This document shows, one piece after another, positions 54,066-62,252 of a stretch of DNA of 64,000 nucleotides. Source of the stretch: Dehalococcoidia bacterium (GTDB lineage: Bacteria > Chloroflexota > Dehalococcoidia > Lucifugimonadales > Australimonadaceae); contig OZ241740.1 in assembly GCA_965200975.1 (NCBI GenBank), forward strand, positions 1,282,636 through 1,346,635, written 5' to 3'. A program made the translations under genes and the position numbers. The notes under the pieces were generated by a model. That model ran no database searches. It saw only the letters and a program-made list of their open reading frames with translations, and had not been told where the DNA came from. The stretch's first letter is position 1, and each line of letters begins with the position of its first letter.

Positions 54066-54821
54066 ATGCGGTTGCAGGATAAGGCGATCATTGTTACCGG
54101 CGCGGCCGGCGGGCTCGGGCGGCAGTACGCCCTGCGCTTCGCGAAAGAGGGCGCGAGGCTGACGATTGCGGACGTTCAGGACGTGAGCGCGACGGCGGAG
54201 CTCTGCCGCGCGGAAGGCGCCGACGTGCTGCCGCTTCGCGTCGATGTGTCGTCGGAAGAGGCGATGAACGATATGGCCAAGCAGACGCACGACCGGTACG
54301 GCCGCATCGACGGCTTGCTGAACAACGCAGGCATGATGCGCGGCCTCGGCGTTAAATCGATCCTCGACGTCGATATGGAGACGTGGGACCGCGTGTTTGC
54401 GGTGAATGCGCGCGGAACATTCCTCGGCGTCCGCGCTGTCTACCCGTATATGCGGGAGCAGAAGTCAGGCACGATAGTCAACGTGAGCTCCGGCAGCACG
54501 CTGCGCATCGCGCGGGCGCCGGACGAGATGAACCCCCACTACGTAGCGTCGAAGTCGGCGATCACCGGCATCACACGGGCAGTGGCCCGCGAACTGGGGC
54601 AGTACAACATCAACGTCGTTACCGTCGCGCCCGGGTCGACGACCTCCGACCGCGAAGATGCGCTCGACGCGGAAGAGGCGTACCCGGAGCCGGAGGCGTC
54701 CCTTGCCCGCCGCGGCGTGCCCGACGACCTGACGGGAGTGATGGTGTTCCTTTTCAGCGACGATGCGCGCTTCATCACCGGCCAGATGATCGTCGTCAAC
54801 GGCGGACGCGAGGTGCACTAA
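54066..54821 (+). CDS. SDR family oxidoreductase
   Basis: 251 aa with VTGAAGGLGRQYA and YVASKSAI (YxxxK). Confidence 0.9.
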   Translation: MRLQDKAIIVTGAAGGLGRQYALRFAKEGARLTIADVQDVSATAELCRAEGADVLPLRVDVSSEEAMNDMAKQTHDRYGRIDGLLNNAGMMRGLGVKSILDVDMETWDRVFAVNARGTFLGVRAVYPYMREQKSGTIVNVSSGSTLRIARAPDEMNPHYVASKSAITGITRAVARELGQYNINVVTVAPGSTTSDREDALDAEEAYPEPEASLARRGVPDDLTGVMVFLFSDDARFITGQMIVVNGGREVH

Positions 54822-54841
54822 ACGGCGCGCGAGGAGAGGCG

Positions 54842-55336
54842 ATGGCTGATCTGACATGGGAGCGTATGGGCCGGTGCGCCCGGCTCGCGTGGGAGCACGG
54901 CGCCGAGTCGTTCGAGCAAGCGGCGCGCCGGCGTGATGCAGTCATGACAGGCCATCTGCTGCTGGGAGTCATACGTCAACCGGAGTGCGCGGGCGGGCTG
55001 ATGCTGCGGCACCTGGGCGTCGATATGGCGCTTGCAGCGTCCATCACCGAGTTCGAACTGCTGCACGGACGGCCCGTCCCCGGGCGCGAGGAGCGCGTCG
55101 TTGACCTGTGGGGCAAGCCGCACACGCCGGAGGCGCTCCAGGCGATGCAGCTATCGCTGGAAGAAGCGGAGAAGTTCCACTCCGCGTACCCCATCGGCAC
55201 GGAGCACATCCTGCTGGGGATGCTGTCTATCCCAGAGGGGATGGGCAGCCGGACGCTCGCCTACTTTGGCGTCGACTACGCCAGCGCCCTCGCCGCCCGC
55301 GACGAGATCTGGGGCCTGCTCAAACTTACGGAGTGA
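54842..55336 (+). CDS. stand-alone Clp N-terminal (double Clp_N repeat) domain protein
   Basis: Long ORF 54383..55336 trimmed to MADLTWERMG (ATG 54842). Two repeats: TGHLLLGVIRQPECAGGLMLRHLGVD and TEHILLGMLSIPEGMGSRTLAYFGVD. Confidence 0.7.
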   Translation: MADLTWERMGRCARLAWEHGAESFEQAARRRDAVMTGHLLLGVIRQPECAGGLMLRHLGVDMALAASITEFELLHGRPVPGREERVVDLWGKPHTPEALQAMQLSLEEAEKFHSAYPIGTEHILLGMLSIPEGMGSRTLAYFGVDYASALAARDEIWGLLKLTE

Positions 55337-55464
55337 AGGGAGAGAGTTCGAGATGAGCGGACGCCAACCAGCGCGCTCTGAGCGGCTCCAGCGACTGCTC
55401 AGAGCTCAACTCTACAGCGCGGACGGCGAAGCTCATACGGGCGGCGAGCGCCTGTAGCTTCCCC

Positions 55465-55884
55465 CTACGCTGGGCGGAAGACGGGGAGGGTGATCTCCTC
55501 GGTCAGGTCTTCGTAATCAACCTGGACGGCCATGCCTACGCGGATGTTGGCCGGGTCGGGCTCGACGCCGACGAGGTTCGTGGCCATGCGCGGCCCTTCC
55601 TCCAGATCGACCATCGCGACGATGTACGGCGTCTTGTCGCGGAAAGCAGGGAGGGGAGGCCGGTGGACGATCGCGAACGTGTGCAGCGTTCCCCTGCCGC
55701 TTGCCTGTGTCCATTCGACGTTGCGTCCGCCGCAGCCGGGACAAAAGTCGCGCGGATAGAAGTACGCGCGGGCGCAGCCGATGCAGCGCCGCAGCCAGAG
55801 CTCGCGGGCTTTGGCGCGCTCCCAGTAGAAGTCCGACTCCGGCTGCTTGACGGGCAGAGGGCCCGTATAGGCGTTGGTGGTCAT
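55465..55884 (-). CDS. DUF35 OB-fold/zinc-ribbon protein (thiolase partner)
   Basis: 139 aa. CxxC...CxxC ribbon (CIGCARAYFYPRDFCPGCGG) followed by an OB fold. Confidence 0.85.
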   Translation of the reverse strand: MTTNAYTGPLPVKQPESDFYWERAKARELWLRRCIGCARAYFYPRDFCPGCGGRNVEWTQASGRGTLHTFAIVHRPPLPAFRDKTPYIVAMVDLEEGPRMATNLVGVEPDPANIRVGMAVQVDYEDLTEEITLPVFRPA

Positions 55885-55905
55885 AGGAGTCAGCTCCGTG
55901 TGGCG

Positions 55906-56001
55906 CTAGGAGTCCGCGTCGAGCACAGCAATCTTGTACAGAATGCCGACGCCCACGACGAGGCCAAGCATAAAAATGCCCAATACCGCGATCTTGTACA
56001 T
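55906..56001 (-). CDS. possible 31-aa hydrophobic micropeptide between thiolase and DUF35 genes
   Basis: Hand-translated as MYKIAVLGIFMLGLVVGVGILYKIAVLDADS*. The ATG is 5 nt after the thiolase stop, with GGAG 8 nt upstream. Below the ORF-track size cut-off. Confidence 0.35.
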   Translation of the reverse strand: MYKIAVLGIFMLGLVVGVGILYKIAVLDADS

Positions 56002-56006
56002 CGCTT

Positions 56007-57149
56007 TTACTCCACTCCGAGAATGATTGTTCCTGTCGCGGACAGAGCGCCGCCGGTTCCGTTTACGAGGCTAAGGCTCAGGCCGGGGACTTGGCGCTCG
56101 CCGCATTCGCCGCGCAGCTGCCGCACGGCTTCGACAATGAGGAAGATGCCGTACATGCCGGGGTGCGTGTAGGAGAGCCCGCCCCCGCTCGTGTTCATCG
56201 GGAAGTCGCCGCCCGGCGCGGCGCGCTGGCCCGCCACGAAGTCCGGCCCTTCGCCGGGGCCGCAGAAGCCGAGCGACTCAAGCGTCGCGAGCACCGTGTA
56301 GGTGAAGGAGTCGTAGATCATCGCGAGGTCGATGTCATCGTGGGTCACGCCCGCCATGGCGAGCGCTGCGGGGCCGGTCGTCCGCGCCGGCGTCACCGTG
56401 AGGTCGGGCATCATCGAGATGCCGGCGTGGTCGTGATGCTCCGCGTAGCCGAGGACGGGGACGGGCCGCTTGGGGAGGGAGCGGGCGCGCTCCGCCGACG
56501 TCATAACGACCGCGGCGCCGGCGTCTGTCACGAGGCAGCAGTCGAGTATGTGGAACGGCCACGAGATCCAGCGCGAGTTGTGGTAGTCGTCGAACGTCAT
56601 CGGGTCTCGCATAGAGGCTTTGGGGTTGAGCTGCGCCCACTTGCGAGTGGAGACTGCGATCTCGGCCATAGCCTGCCGCGCGCGGTCTTCTCCGTAGACG
56701 TGCATATAGCGGGCGGCGGCCATCGAGTAGTTGATGGGCATGCCAATCATGCCGTAGGGCATCTCATACGCCGCGACCGGCAGGTTCGGGTCGCGCGGGA
56801 CGGGGGCGCGCGATGAGCGCCCTGCCTGCCCGTGCGTTATGAGCGCCACCTCGCAGAGCCCGTTCGCGATGGCGTTGGCCGCATGCCCGACGTGCACGAC
56901 GAACGATGCGCCGCCCACCGTTGTAGTGTCGGTGTAGCGCGGAGCGACGCCGAGATAGTCGGCAAGGTCGTAGTTGGCGTAGCCGGCGGTGAGCAGCCCG
57001 TCAACGTCGCGGAGCGTGAGTCCTGCGTCGGCGAGGGCGTTGATCGCCGCTTCGGCGTGGTGCGCGAGCGCCGACTTGTGCGGGACGAGGCCGATCTCGT
57101 CGGATTCAGCGACCCCGACGATGACCGGGGGCTTGGCGGGGTTGACCAT
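56007..57149 (-). CDS. thiolase-fold protein (SCP-x / lipid-transfer-type)
   Basis: 380 aa. N-terminal VIVGVAESDEIG and C-terminal NTSGGGLSYTHPGMYG are typical of the DUF35-associated thiolase group. Confidence 0.85.
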   Translation of the reverse strand: MVNPAKPPVIVGVAESDEIGLVPHKSALAHHAEAAINALADAGLTLRDVDGLLTAGYANYDLADYLGVAPRYTDTTTVGGASFVVHVGHAANAIANGLCEVALITHGQAGRSSRAPVPRDPNLPVAAYEMPYGMIGMPINYSMAAARYMHVYGEDRARQAMAEIAVSTRKWAQLNPKASMRDPMTFDDYHNSRWISWPFHILDCCLVTDAGAAVVMTSAERARSLPKRPVPVLGYAEHHDHAGISMMPDLTVTPARTTGPAALAMAGVTHDDIDLAMIYDSFTYTVLATLESLGFCGPGEGPDFVAGQRAAPGGDFPMNTSGGGLSYTHPGMYGIFLIVEAVRQLRGECGERQVPGLSLSLVNGTGGALSATGTIILGVE

Positions 57150-57411
57150 GGAGCCTCACGAGGACGTGGTGGAGTCCGGCCGCTAGTGTGCCGGGGAGAG
57201 TATAGCGGTTGTGTCCGGCGCGCGCCGAGGATGAGCAGGGGATAAAGGGAAACCCGGAAGAGCGTTCGTCCTTCACCCAGGCCTCCGTGCGACAGCGGCG
57301 GGCGGCGCGCTTTCCGGGGCTCTGGGCCGGCCTGGTGTTGCCACAGGCGCTCAAAGCCGTGATACTTTGGCCTATGCAACTGTTCCAGAGCCTTCCCGAG
57401 GAGGACGCGAG

Positions 57412-58506
57412 ATGACGACGACGGTGAAGCTGAAGGCAATCGACGCAGACGCGCACGTCGTGGAGAGCGAGCGCACGTGGGACTACCTTGACCCGGAGGA
57501 CGAGAAGTTTCGCCCGCAGCTCTTCTCCTCGCCCGACAACGAGAAGAGCCGGTACTGGGTGATCGACGGGAAGATCGCCGGGTTACGGCTGCCGACGCCG
57601 TCGGAGCGCGAGCTGCATGCGATGTCGGAGCGCGCCGGGCGCGACCTAGTCACCGCCGCGGACGCTCGCCATCTCGACGACATCGAACTGCGGCTGCGGC
57701 ACATGGACGAGCTTGGAGTGGACGTCCAAATCCTGCACAACACGCTCTGGATCCGCGATGTTACGCGCAGGCCGGAGGTCGACCGCGCCCTCTGCAGGGC
57801 GTGGAATCGCTGGATGGCGGAGGCGTGGAAGCAGGCCGGCGGGCGTCTGCGCTGGTCTGCCGTGCTGCCGCTCACCGACCTCGACGAGGCGATCGCGATG
57901 ATGCCGTGGGCCAAGGAGAACGGCGCCGTCGGCGTGGTGATGAAGCCGTTCGAGGGCGACCGCTTTATGCTCGACCCGTACTTCTTCCCCTATCTCGAGG
58001 CGGCGCAAGAGCACGACCTTACGATAACGATACATATCGCCAACGCCAGCCAGGCCTACGTCGAGTCGATGAGCTCCCCCTACGACCCTAGCGGCGGGCT
58101 GCCGACGTTCCGTATGCCGACGGTGCACGCCTGCAACGGGCTGATCCTCAGCGACCTGCCGAAGCGCTTCCCCGAGCTGCGGTGGGGGTTCATCGAGTCG
58201 TCGTCGCAGTGGGTGCCGTGGGTGATGCACGAAACGTCGCGCCGTGCGAAGCAGTCGGGCTGGCCGCTTCCGGACAACCCGTTCGAGGAGTACAACATCT
58301 ACGTGTCGGCCCAGACCGACGACGATTTCGAGTACGTGTTCAGCTACATCGGCGACGGGAACGTCGTCATCGGCACCGACTACGGCCATACGGACACATC
58401 GAGCGAGGTGGACGCGATCGAGACGTTCCGGGCGCTCACGACAGTGAACGAGGCGTCGAAGCAGAAGGTGCTGGTGGACAACGCTCTCGCGCTCTACCAC
58501 CTGTAA
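57412..58506 (+). CDS. amidohydrolase family protein (amidohydrolase_2)
   Basis: ORF trimmed to [20 protein letters not shown] (ATG 57412, GAGGAGGA upstream). C-terminal GTDYGHTD. Confidence 0.85.
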   Translation: MTTTVKLKAIDADAHVVESERTWDYLDPEDEKFRPQLFSSPDNEKSRYWVIDGKIAGLRLPTPSERELHAMSERAGRDLVTAADARHLDDIELRLRHMDELGVDVQILHNTLWIRDVTRRPEVDRALCRAWNRWMAEAWKQAGGRLRWSAVLPLTDLDEAIAMMPWAKENGAVGVVMKPFEGDRFMLDPYFFPYLEAAQEHDLTITIHIANASQAYVESMSSPYDPSGGLPTFRMPTVHACNGLILSDLPKRFPELRWGFIESSSQWVPWVMHETSRRAKQSGWPLPDNPFEEYNIYVSAQTDDDFEYVFSYIGDGNVVIGTDYGHTDTSSEVDAIETFRALTTVNEASKQKVLVDNALALYHL

Positions 58507-58544
58507 GGGCGGCTGCCCTGCGCTCCGGCAGGAGCCGTCCTGAC

Positions 58545-59525
58545 TTGCCGCGCGTTTGGGCGGCGCATGAGCCGCGCGCGACGCGGGGGCTGGGCCTGCC
58601 GCGGCTGTGGTTTGCGCTGCCGGCGGTAGCGCTGACGGTTGGCCTCGCGCTCGGGTGCGACAGCGCGCCGACTGCGACGGCGCCGATCCCGACAGCGACG
58701 CCAACGCCGATACCGACGGCTACGCCGACCCCGTCCCCGACGGCGACTCCTGCCCCAACACCGACTGCTACGCCGGTCCCTACGGCTACGCCGACGCCAT
58801 TGCCGGAGCCGACACCCACGGCCACGCCAACCCCTTTGCCGACGGCTACCCCAACGCCGCGGGCCACGGCCACGCCGCGTCCGACTCCTACACCGTCTCC
58901 AACGCCTACGGTGCGGCAGATGGCCATCGCTCAGGCGTCGTGGGCGGATCCTTGGCAGGCCCGGCTCTTGCAAGAGCTTGCGCAGAAGACGCCTAAGGCC
59001 TTCGACGCCTTCATGCTATGGATTGGAGATGGCGAAGAGCGCGGCAGGAACGCCGAGTATGTCTTAAACGGCGGCTATACGATGATCGCGCGCGTTGACG
59101 AAGAGCAGGCTATTAACCTTCTCGCGATGCCATTTCTGAATGAGGTCGATTCCAATGAAACGCTGGTGACGAGCCTCCTGGGCGGCCTCGCGCAGTGGAA
59201 CAAGGATGAGCTCGATTGGATTCTTGCGCATCCCTCCCTGAGAGGCGGCGTCACGGACGCCCACGCTGCGCAAGTCTTCCTGCTTCGCCTCGAACTGAGA
59301 GACCCTGCCGCAGCGAGCGCGATACGGCGACTATCCTGGGTGCAGGACGGCATAACACGCGAGATCAGGAGGGAAGATAGCGTTGTCATTGATCTTGTCG
59401 AAATCGCCATTAGCCTTCCTCAAACATTCGACATGCTGCTAGAGCGTTCGTGGGTACAGAGCAGGGACAACCTCGTGAGCGATCATATTTTAACGCGTCC
59501 TTTCTCTGCTGCCGCTAGACAATGA
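58545..59525 (+). CDS. lipoprotein with PT linker and first repeat module, 5' part of a frame-disrupted peptidase gene
   Basis: Long ORF 58182..59525 trimmed to in-frame TTG 58545 (AGGAG 10 nt upstream; start uncertain). [21 protein letters not shown] lipobox, ~80-aa PT linker, then the module [11 protein letters not shown]...LSWVQDGI. Confidence 0.6.
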   Translation: MPRVWAAHEPRATRGLGLPRLWFALPAVALTVGLALGCDSAPTATAPIPTATPTPIPTATPTPSPTATPAPTPTATPVPTATPTPLPEPTPTATPTPLPTATPTPRATATPRPTPTPSPTPTVRQMAIAQASWADPWQARLLQELAQKTPKAFDAFMLWIGDGEERGRNAEYVLNGGYTMIARVDEEQAINLLAMPFLNEVDSNETLVTSLLGGLAQWNKDELDWILAHPSLRGGVTDAHAAQVFLLRLELRDPAAASAIRRLSWVQDGITREIRREDSVVIDLVEIAISLPQTFDMLLERSWVQSRDNLVSDHILTRPFSAAARQ

Positions 59526-59550
59526 CGACGAGGTAGCGCTTCTGATACCA

Positions 59551-61191
59551 ATGCCGTTCCTGGACTCAGTTGACAGCACCGACCGGAGACTATTTGAAAA
59601 AATCATTGGGCCGCTGCATCAGCAGAAATACTTCATTATAGACACAATTTCTCACCCGGAACTGAACGGAGTAATCACAGATAGCGATAGGGCGATGGTC
59701 GCGTTGCTGGTGCTCGAATTGTATAGCCAGAATGGTGCTGCCAGGATGCGTAGCCTGCGATGGGTCGAAGACGGGATCCAGCCCCAGGAAGATTCTGTGT
59801 TTTGGGCTCTTTGGCAAGATGCGAAACGAACAGGGAGCGGCGGGATCTTCAATGCTCTGATAACCAAGCCCTGGGTGCGCGACAGCATAACGGCATCCGA
59901 AACGAACGCGGTCGCGGAATTGATGCGGCTCTATTTCATGGATAACGACACTCGCCCCGTTCTCAGTATGCCATTTCTCCATAGCATCGAAAGCACGGAT
60001 ATCGCTATCCTCCAGTCATTGACGGAGATGCAAACCAGAGATCGACGAGCGCTCCTTGCACGCTTGGCGCAAGGAGGAATAACGGACGACCATACCCCCG
60101 GAGAGCTCGCTCTGCTGGTTCTCGAGTCGAAAGACCCGGATCTGGTCGCTGGAATTCGCGCCTTCTCATGGGTGCAAGACGGAGTAGACCGCTATGAAGG
60201 AGAATCACTGATAGCGCTTTCGCAGACTGCTCCGGAAATTCCCATGCTTCTGGAGATGCCGTTCCTGCAAGAATGGGATTCATTGGATCTTGCGACATTG
60301 CAGACATTGAGCGCGCTGCCGCAGAATTACCTCGAGCAAATCGTGTCGCATCCGCTGCTAATTGGAGGCATCACCGACGAATGGACGAACGTCGTGGGAT
60401 CGATTGGGATGATTGGCTCGCGTCCTGACTTCATTGAGGTTTTGCTGGACCCGGAGCGCACATACATCGAGGAGCGCGTCATTACCTTCCCGAATACGGG
60501 CGAGGTGCGGTTGTCCGTTATCTGGCCTGGAAAGGCGGCGTCGGAGGTTTCGGGCGCAATAACTATGGAGCTGCTCGAGCAGGCGGTGCGCTCGCAAGAA
60601 GAGTTCATGGGAGTGGCGTTTCCGCTCGACCACGCCATTATCGTCGACGTGGATGCGGAGCGGTTTCGCCATGCAGCCCACATTGCCGGAATCATCGCCA
60701 CCCCCTGGGTTGAGGTTCGCGGCCTCATCGCGCATGAGATGGCGCATACTTACTGGCGCGACGAGACGGCCTGGCTGAACGAGGGAGGCGCAAGCTGGCT
60801 GGACGTGGTCTCGCACAGGGACTACGACGGCACGCCGCTCCCTACGTCGGAGCTGCCATGCACGCTATTCGACAACCTGTACGACCTGGAGCATTCAGGC
60901 TTGGGGTCCGCTGCGATCTTCGGGTCAGGCTGTCCGTACTTCCTCGGGCGCGGGCTATTCCGTGAGCTGTACGAGAGTCTGGGGGACGGGCCTGCGCGGC
61001 GGGGGTACGGGAATCTGTACCTGGCGCTGCGCGACGATTCGTACGACGACGTTTGCAGCGGGGACGACCGGAGCGCGTGCTATGTGCGGGAGGCGTTCCG
61101 CGAGGGCGCGACAGCCGAGCAGGAGGCGCTCGTGGAAGAGATTCTTGCGCGGCTGTACTACGGCCCTAACCGGACGCCGGCTCCTCGATGA
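59551..61191 (+). CDS. repeat modules + M1-like gluzincin (HExxH...WLNEG) domain, 3' part of the same gene
   Basis: 546 aa. Three further MPFL..(D/E)S modules, then IAHEMAHTYW (60733..60747) and WLNEGGASW (Glu 60781..60783). Module homology continues upstream of the ATG in this frame to 59494. Confidence 0.7.
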   Translation: MPFLDSVDSTDRRLFEKIIGPLHQQKYFIIDTISHPELNGVITDSDRAMVALLVLELYSQNGAARMRSLRWVEDGIQPQEDSVFWALWQDAKRTGSGGIFNALITKPWVRDSITASETNAVAELMRLYFMDNDTRPVLSMPFLHSIESTDIAILQSLTEMQTRDRRALLARLAQGGITDDHTPGELALLVLESKDPDLVAGIRAFSWVQDGVDRYEGESLIALSQTAPEIPMLLEMPFLQEWDSLDLATLQTLSALPQNYLEQIVSHPLLIGGITDEWTNVVGSIGMIGSRPDFIEVLLDPERTYIEERVITFPNTGEVRLSVIWPGKAASEVSGAITMELLEQAVRSQEEFMGVAFPLDHAIIVDVDAERFRHAAHIAGIIATPWVEVRGLIAHEMAHTYWRDETAWLNEGGASWLDVVSHRDYDGTPLPTSELPCTLFDNLYDLEHSGLGSAAIFGSGCPYFLGRGLFRELYESLGDGPARRGYGNLYLALRDDSYDDVCSGDDRSACYVREAFREGATAEQEALVEEILARLYYGPNRTPAPR

Positions 61192-61885
61192 CGCCGAAGA
61201 GATTCCCCTGCGGATCTTCGCAGTAGGCGTGCGTGCCGACGTAGGGGATTTCGTTGGGGCCGAACACGAGCTTGCCGCCATTGGCGGCGATGGCCTCGAG
61301 CGCGGCGTCGAGGGAGTCGACGAGGGCGGTGTTGATGACCCCCTGCGGAAAATGGCGCTCCATAATGGCGCCGTCGATGCCGACTCCCTTGTCGGGACGC
61401 GTTCCGGCGAGCCAGTACGTCTGTGGCCCGCCCCACGTGTAGACGCTCCAACCGAGGCTCTTCGCGTAGAAGTCGGCGAGCGCTGCGGGATCGTCCGCGA
61501 GAATCTCGAAGTGAACGACGCGCGCCACAGGCCCGGCGGCCGCCTGCCGGGCGGCGATTGCGTCGGCGCGGGCGGCCATAATGAAGTCGTTCCGGTGCAC
61601 GCCTCTGAGGAAGTGCGTCCACCATGCGACGGTTGTCCGTCCCCACTCGGTGACGAGCTGTGGGTGGTGTCCCTGGTCTTCAGCGTCCGCGGCGACTTCG
61701 TTGGCGAACGCCCACGCCTGCGCGAACGTCTCGAACGTGAACGCGCACTCCAGACGGTCGGGGCCGTCTCCGGCGACGAGCCGCCAGTTGGGCAGCTGCG
61801 CCAGGAGCGCGGCGGTCTCGTCGGAGGATGGCAGGAATGACGAGGAGCTGAGGGTTTCGCATCGTTCGCTGGCGAGTCCGGACAT
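61166..61885 (-). CDS. fusion protein: pterin-4a-carbinolamine dehydratase (PCD/DCoH) domain + VOC/glyoxalase domain
   Basis: Long ORF trimmed to MSGLASERCETL (ATG 61885). LPNWRLV...ECAFTFETFAQAWAFANEVAADAEDQGHHPQLVTEWGRTTVAWWTH is a PCD core. The C-terminal half (VVHFEILADDPAALADFYAKSLGW...GTHAYCEDPQGNLFGV) is VOC-like. Confidence 0.75.
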   Translation of the reverse strand: MSGLASERCETLSSSSFLPSSDETAALLAQLPNWRLVAGDGPDRLECAFTFETFAQAWAFANEVAADAEDQGHHPQLVTEWGRTTVAWWTHFLRGVHRNDFIMAARADAIAARQAAAGPVARVVHFEILADDPAALADFYAKSLGWSVYTWGGPQTYWLAGTRPDKGVGIDGAIMERHFPQGVINTALVDSLDAALEAIAANGGKLVFGPNEIPYVGTHAYCEDPQGNLFGVIEEPASG

Positions 61886-61991
61886 AGGGCAAGCTCCTTC
61901 TGCTTTCCGCCGATGGCAGAGGACGGTAGGGCAGGGAGCGTACGTGAGCGGCTTCGGTAGGGCAACTATTTGGCCGGGAGCTGGGGGAGGG

Positions 61992-62169
61992 GCGCGCTGC
62001 TCCGGCGGCCTGGTCGTGAGCGCGGCAGCTGGGAGAGCGTTCGCTCCCCCAGACCCCCTGGGGAAAAGCGCGAACCGGTGGAGGGTGCGCTGCTCCGGCA
62101 GCCAGGCCGTGAGCGCGGCAGCTGGGAGAGCGTTCGCTCCCCCAGACCCCCTGGGGAAAAAGCGCGAAC
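61992..62169. repeat. REP-like element in inverted orientation, 2 x 93/94-bp tandem units
   Basis: Cores CTGGGAGAGCGTTCGCTCCCCCAGACCCCCTG at 62029..62060 and 62122..62153, with conserved flanks. They lie between divergent gene starts (61885 and about 62253). Confidence 0.85.
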
Positions 62170-62252
62170 TGCGCGCCGTTGCTTGCGCCGCGCGGCGGCT
62201 GCTAGCATCCCTTGCAGTTTGCGCGGGGCGGGCGCTGCGCCCTGTCCGCGCT

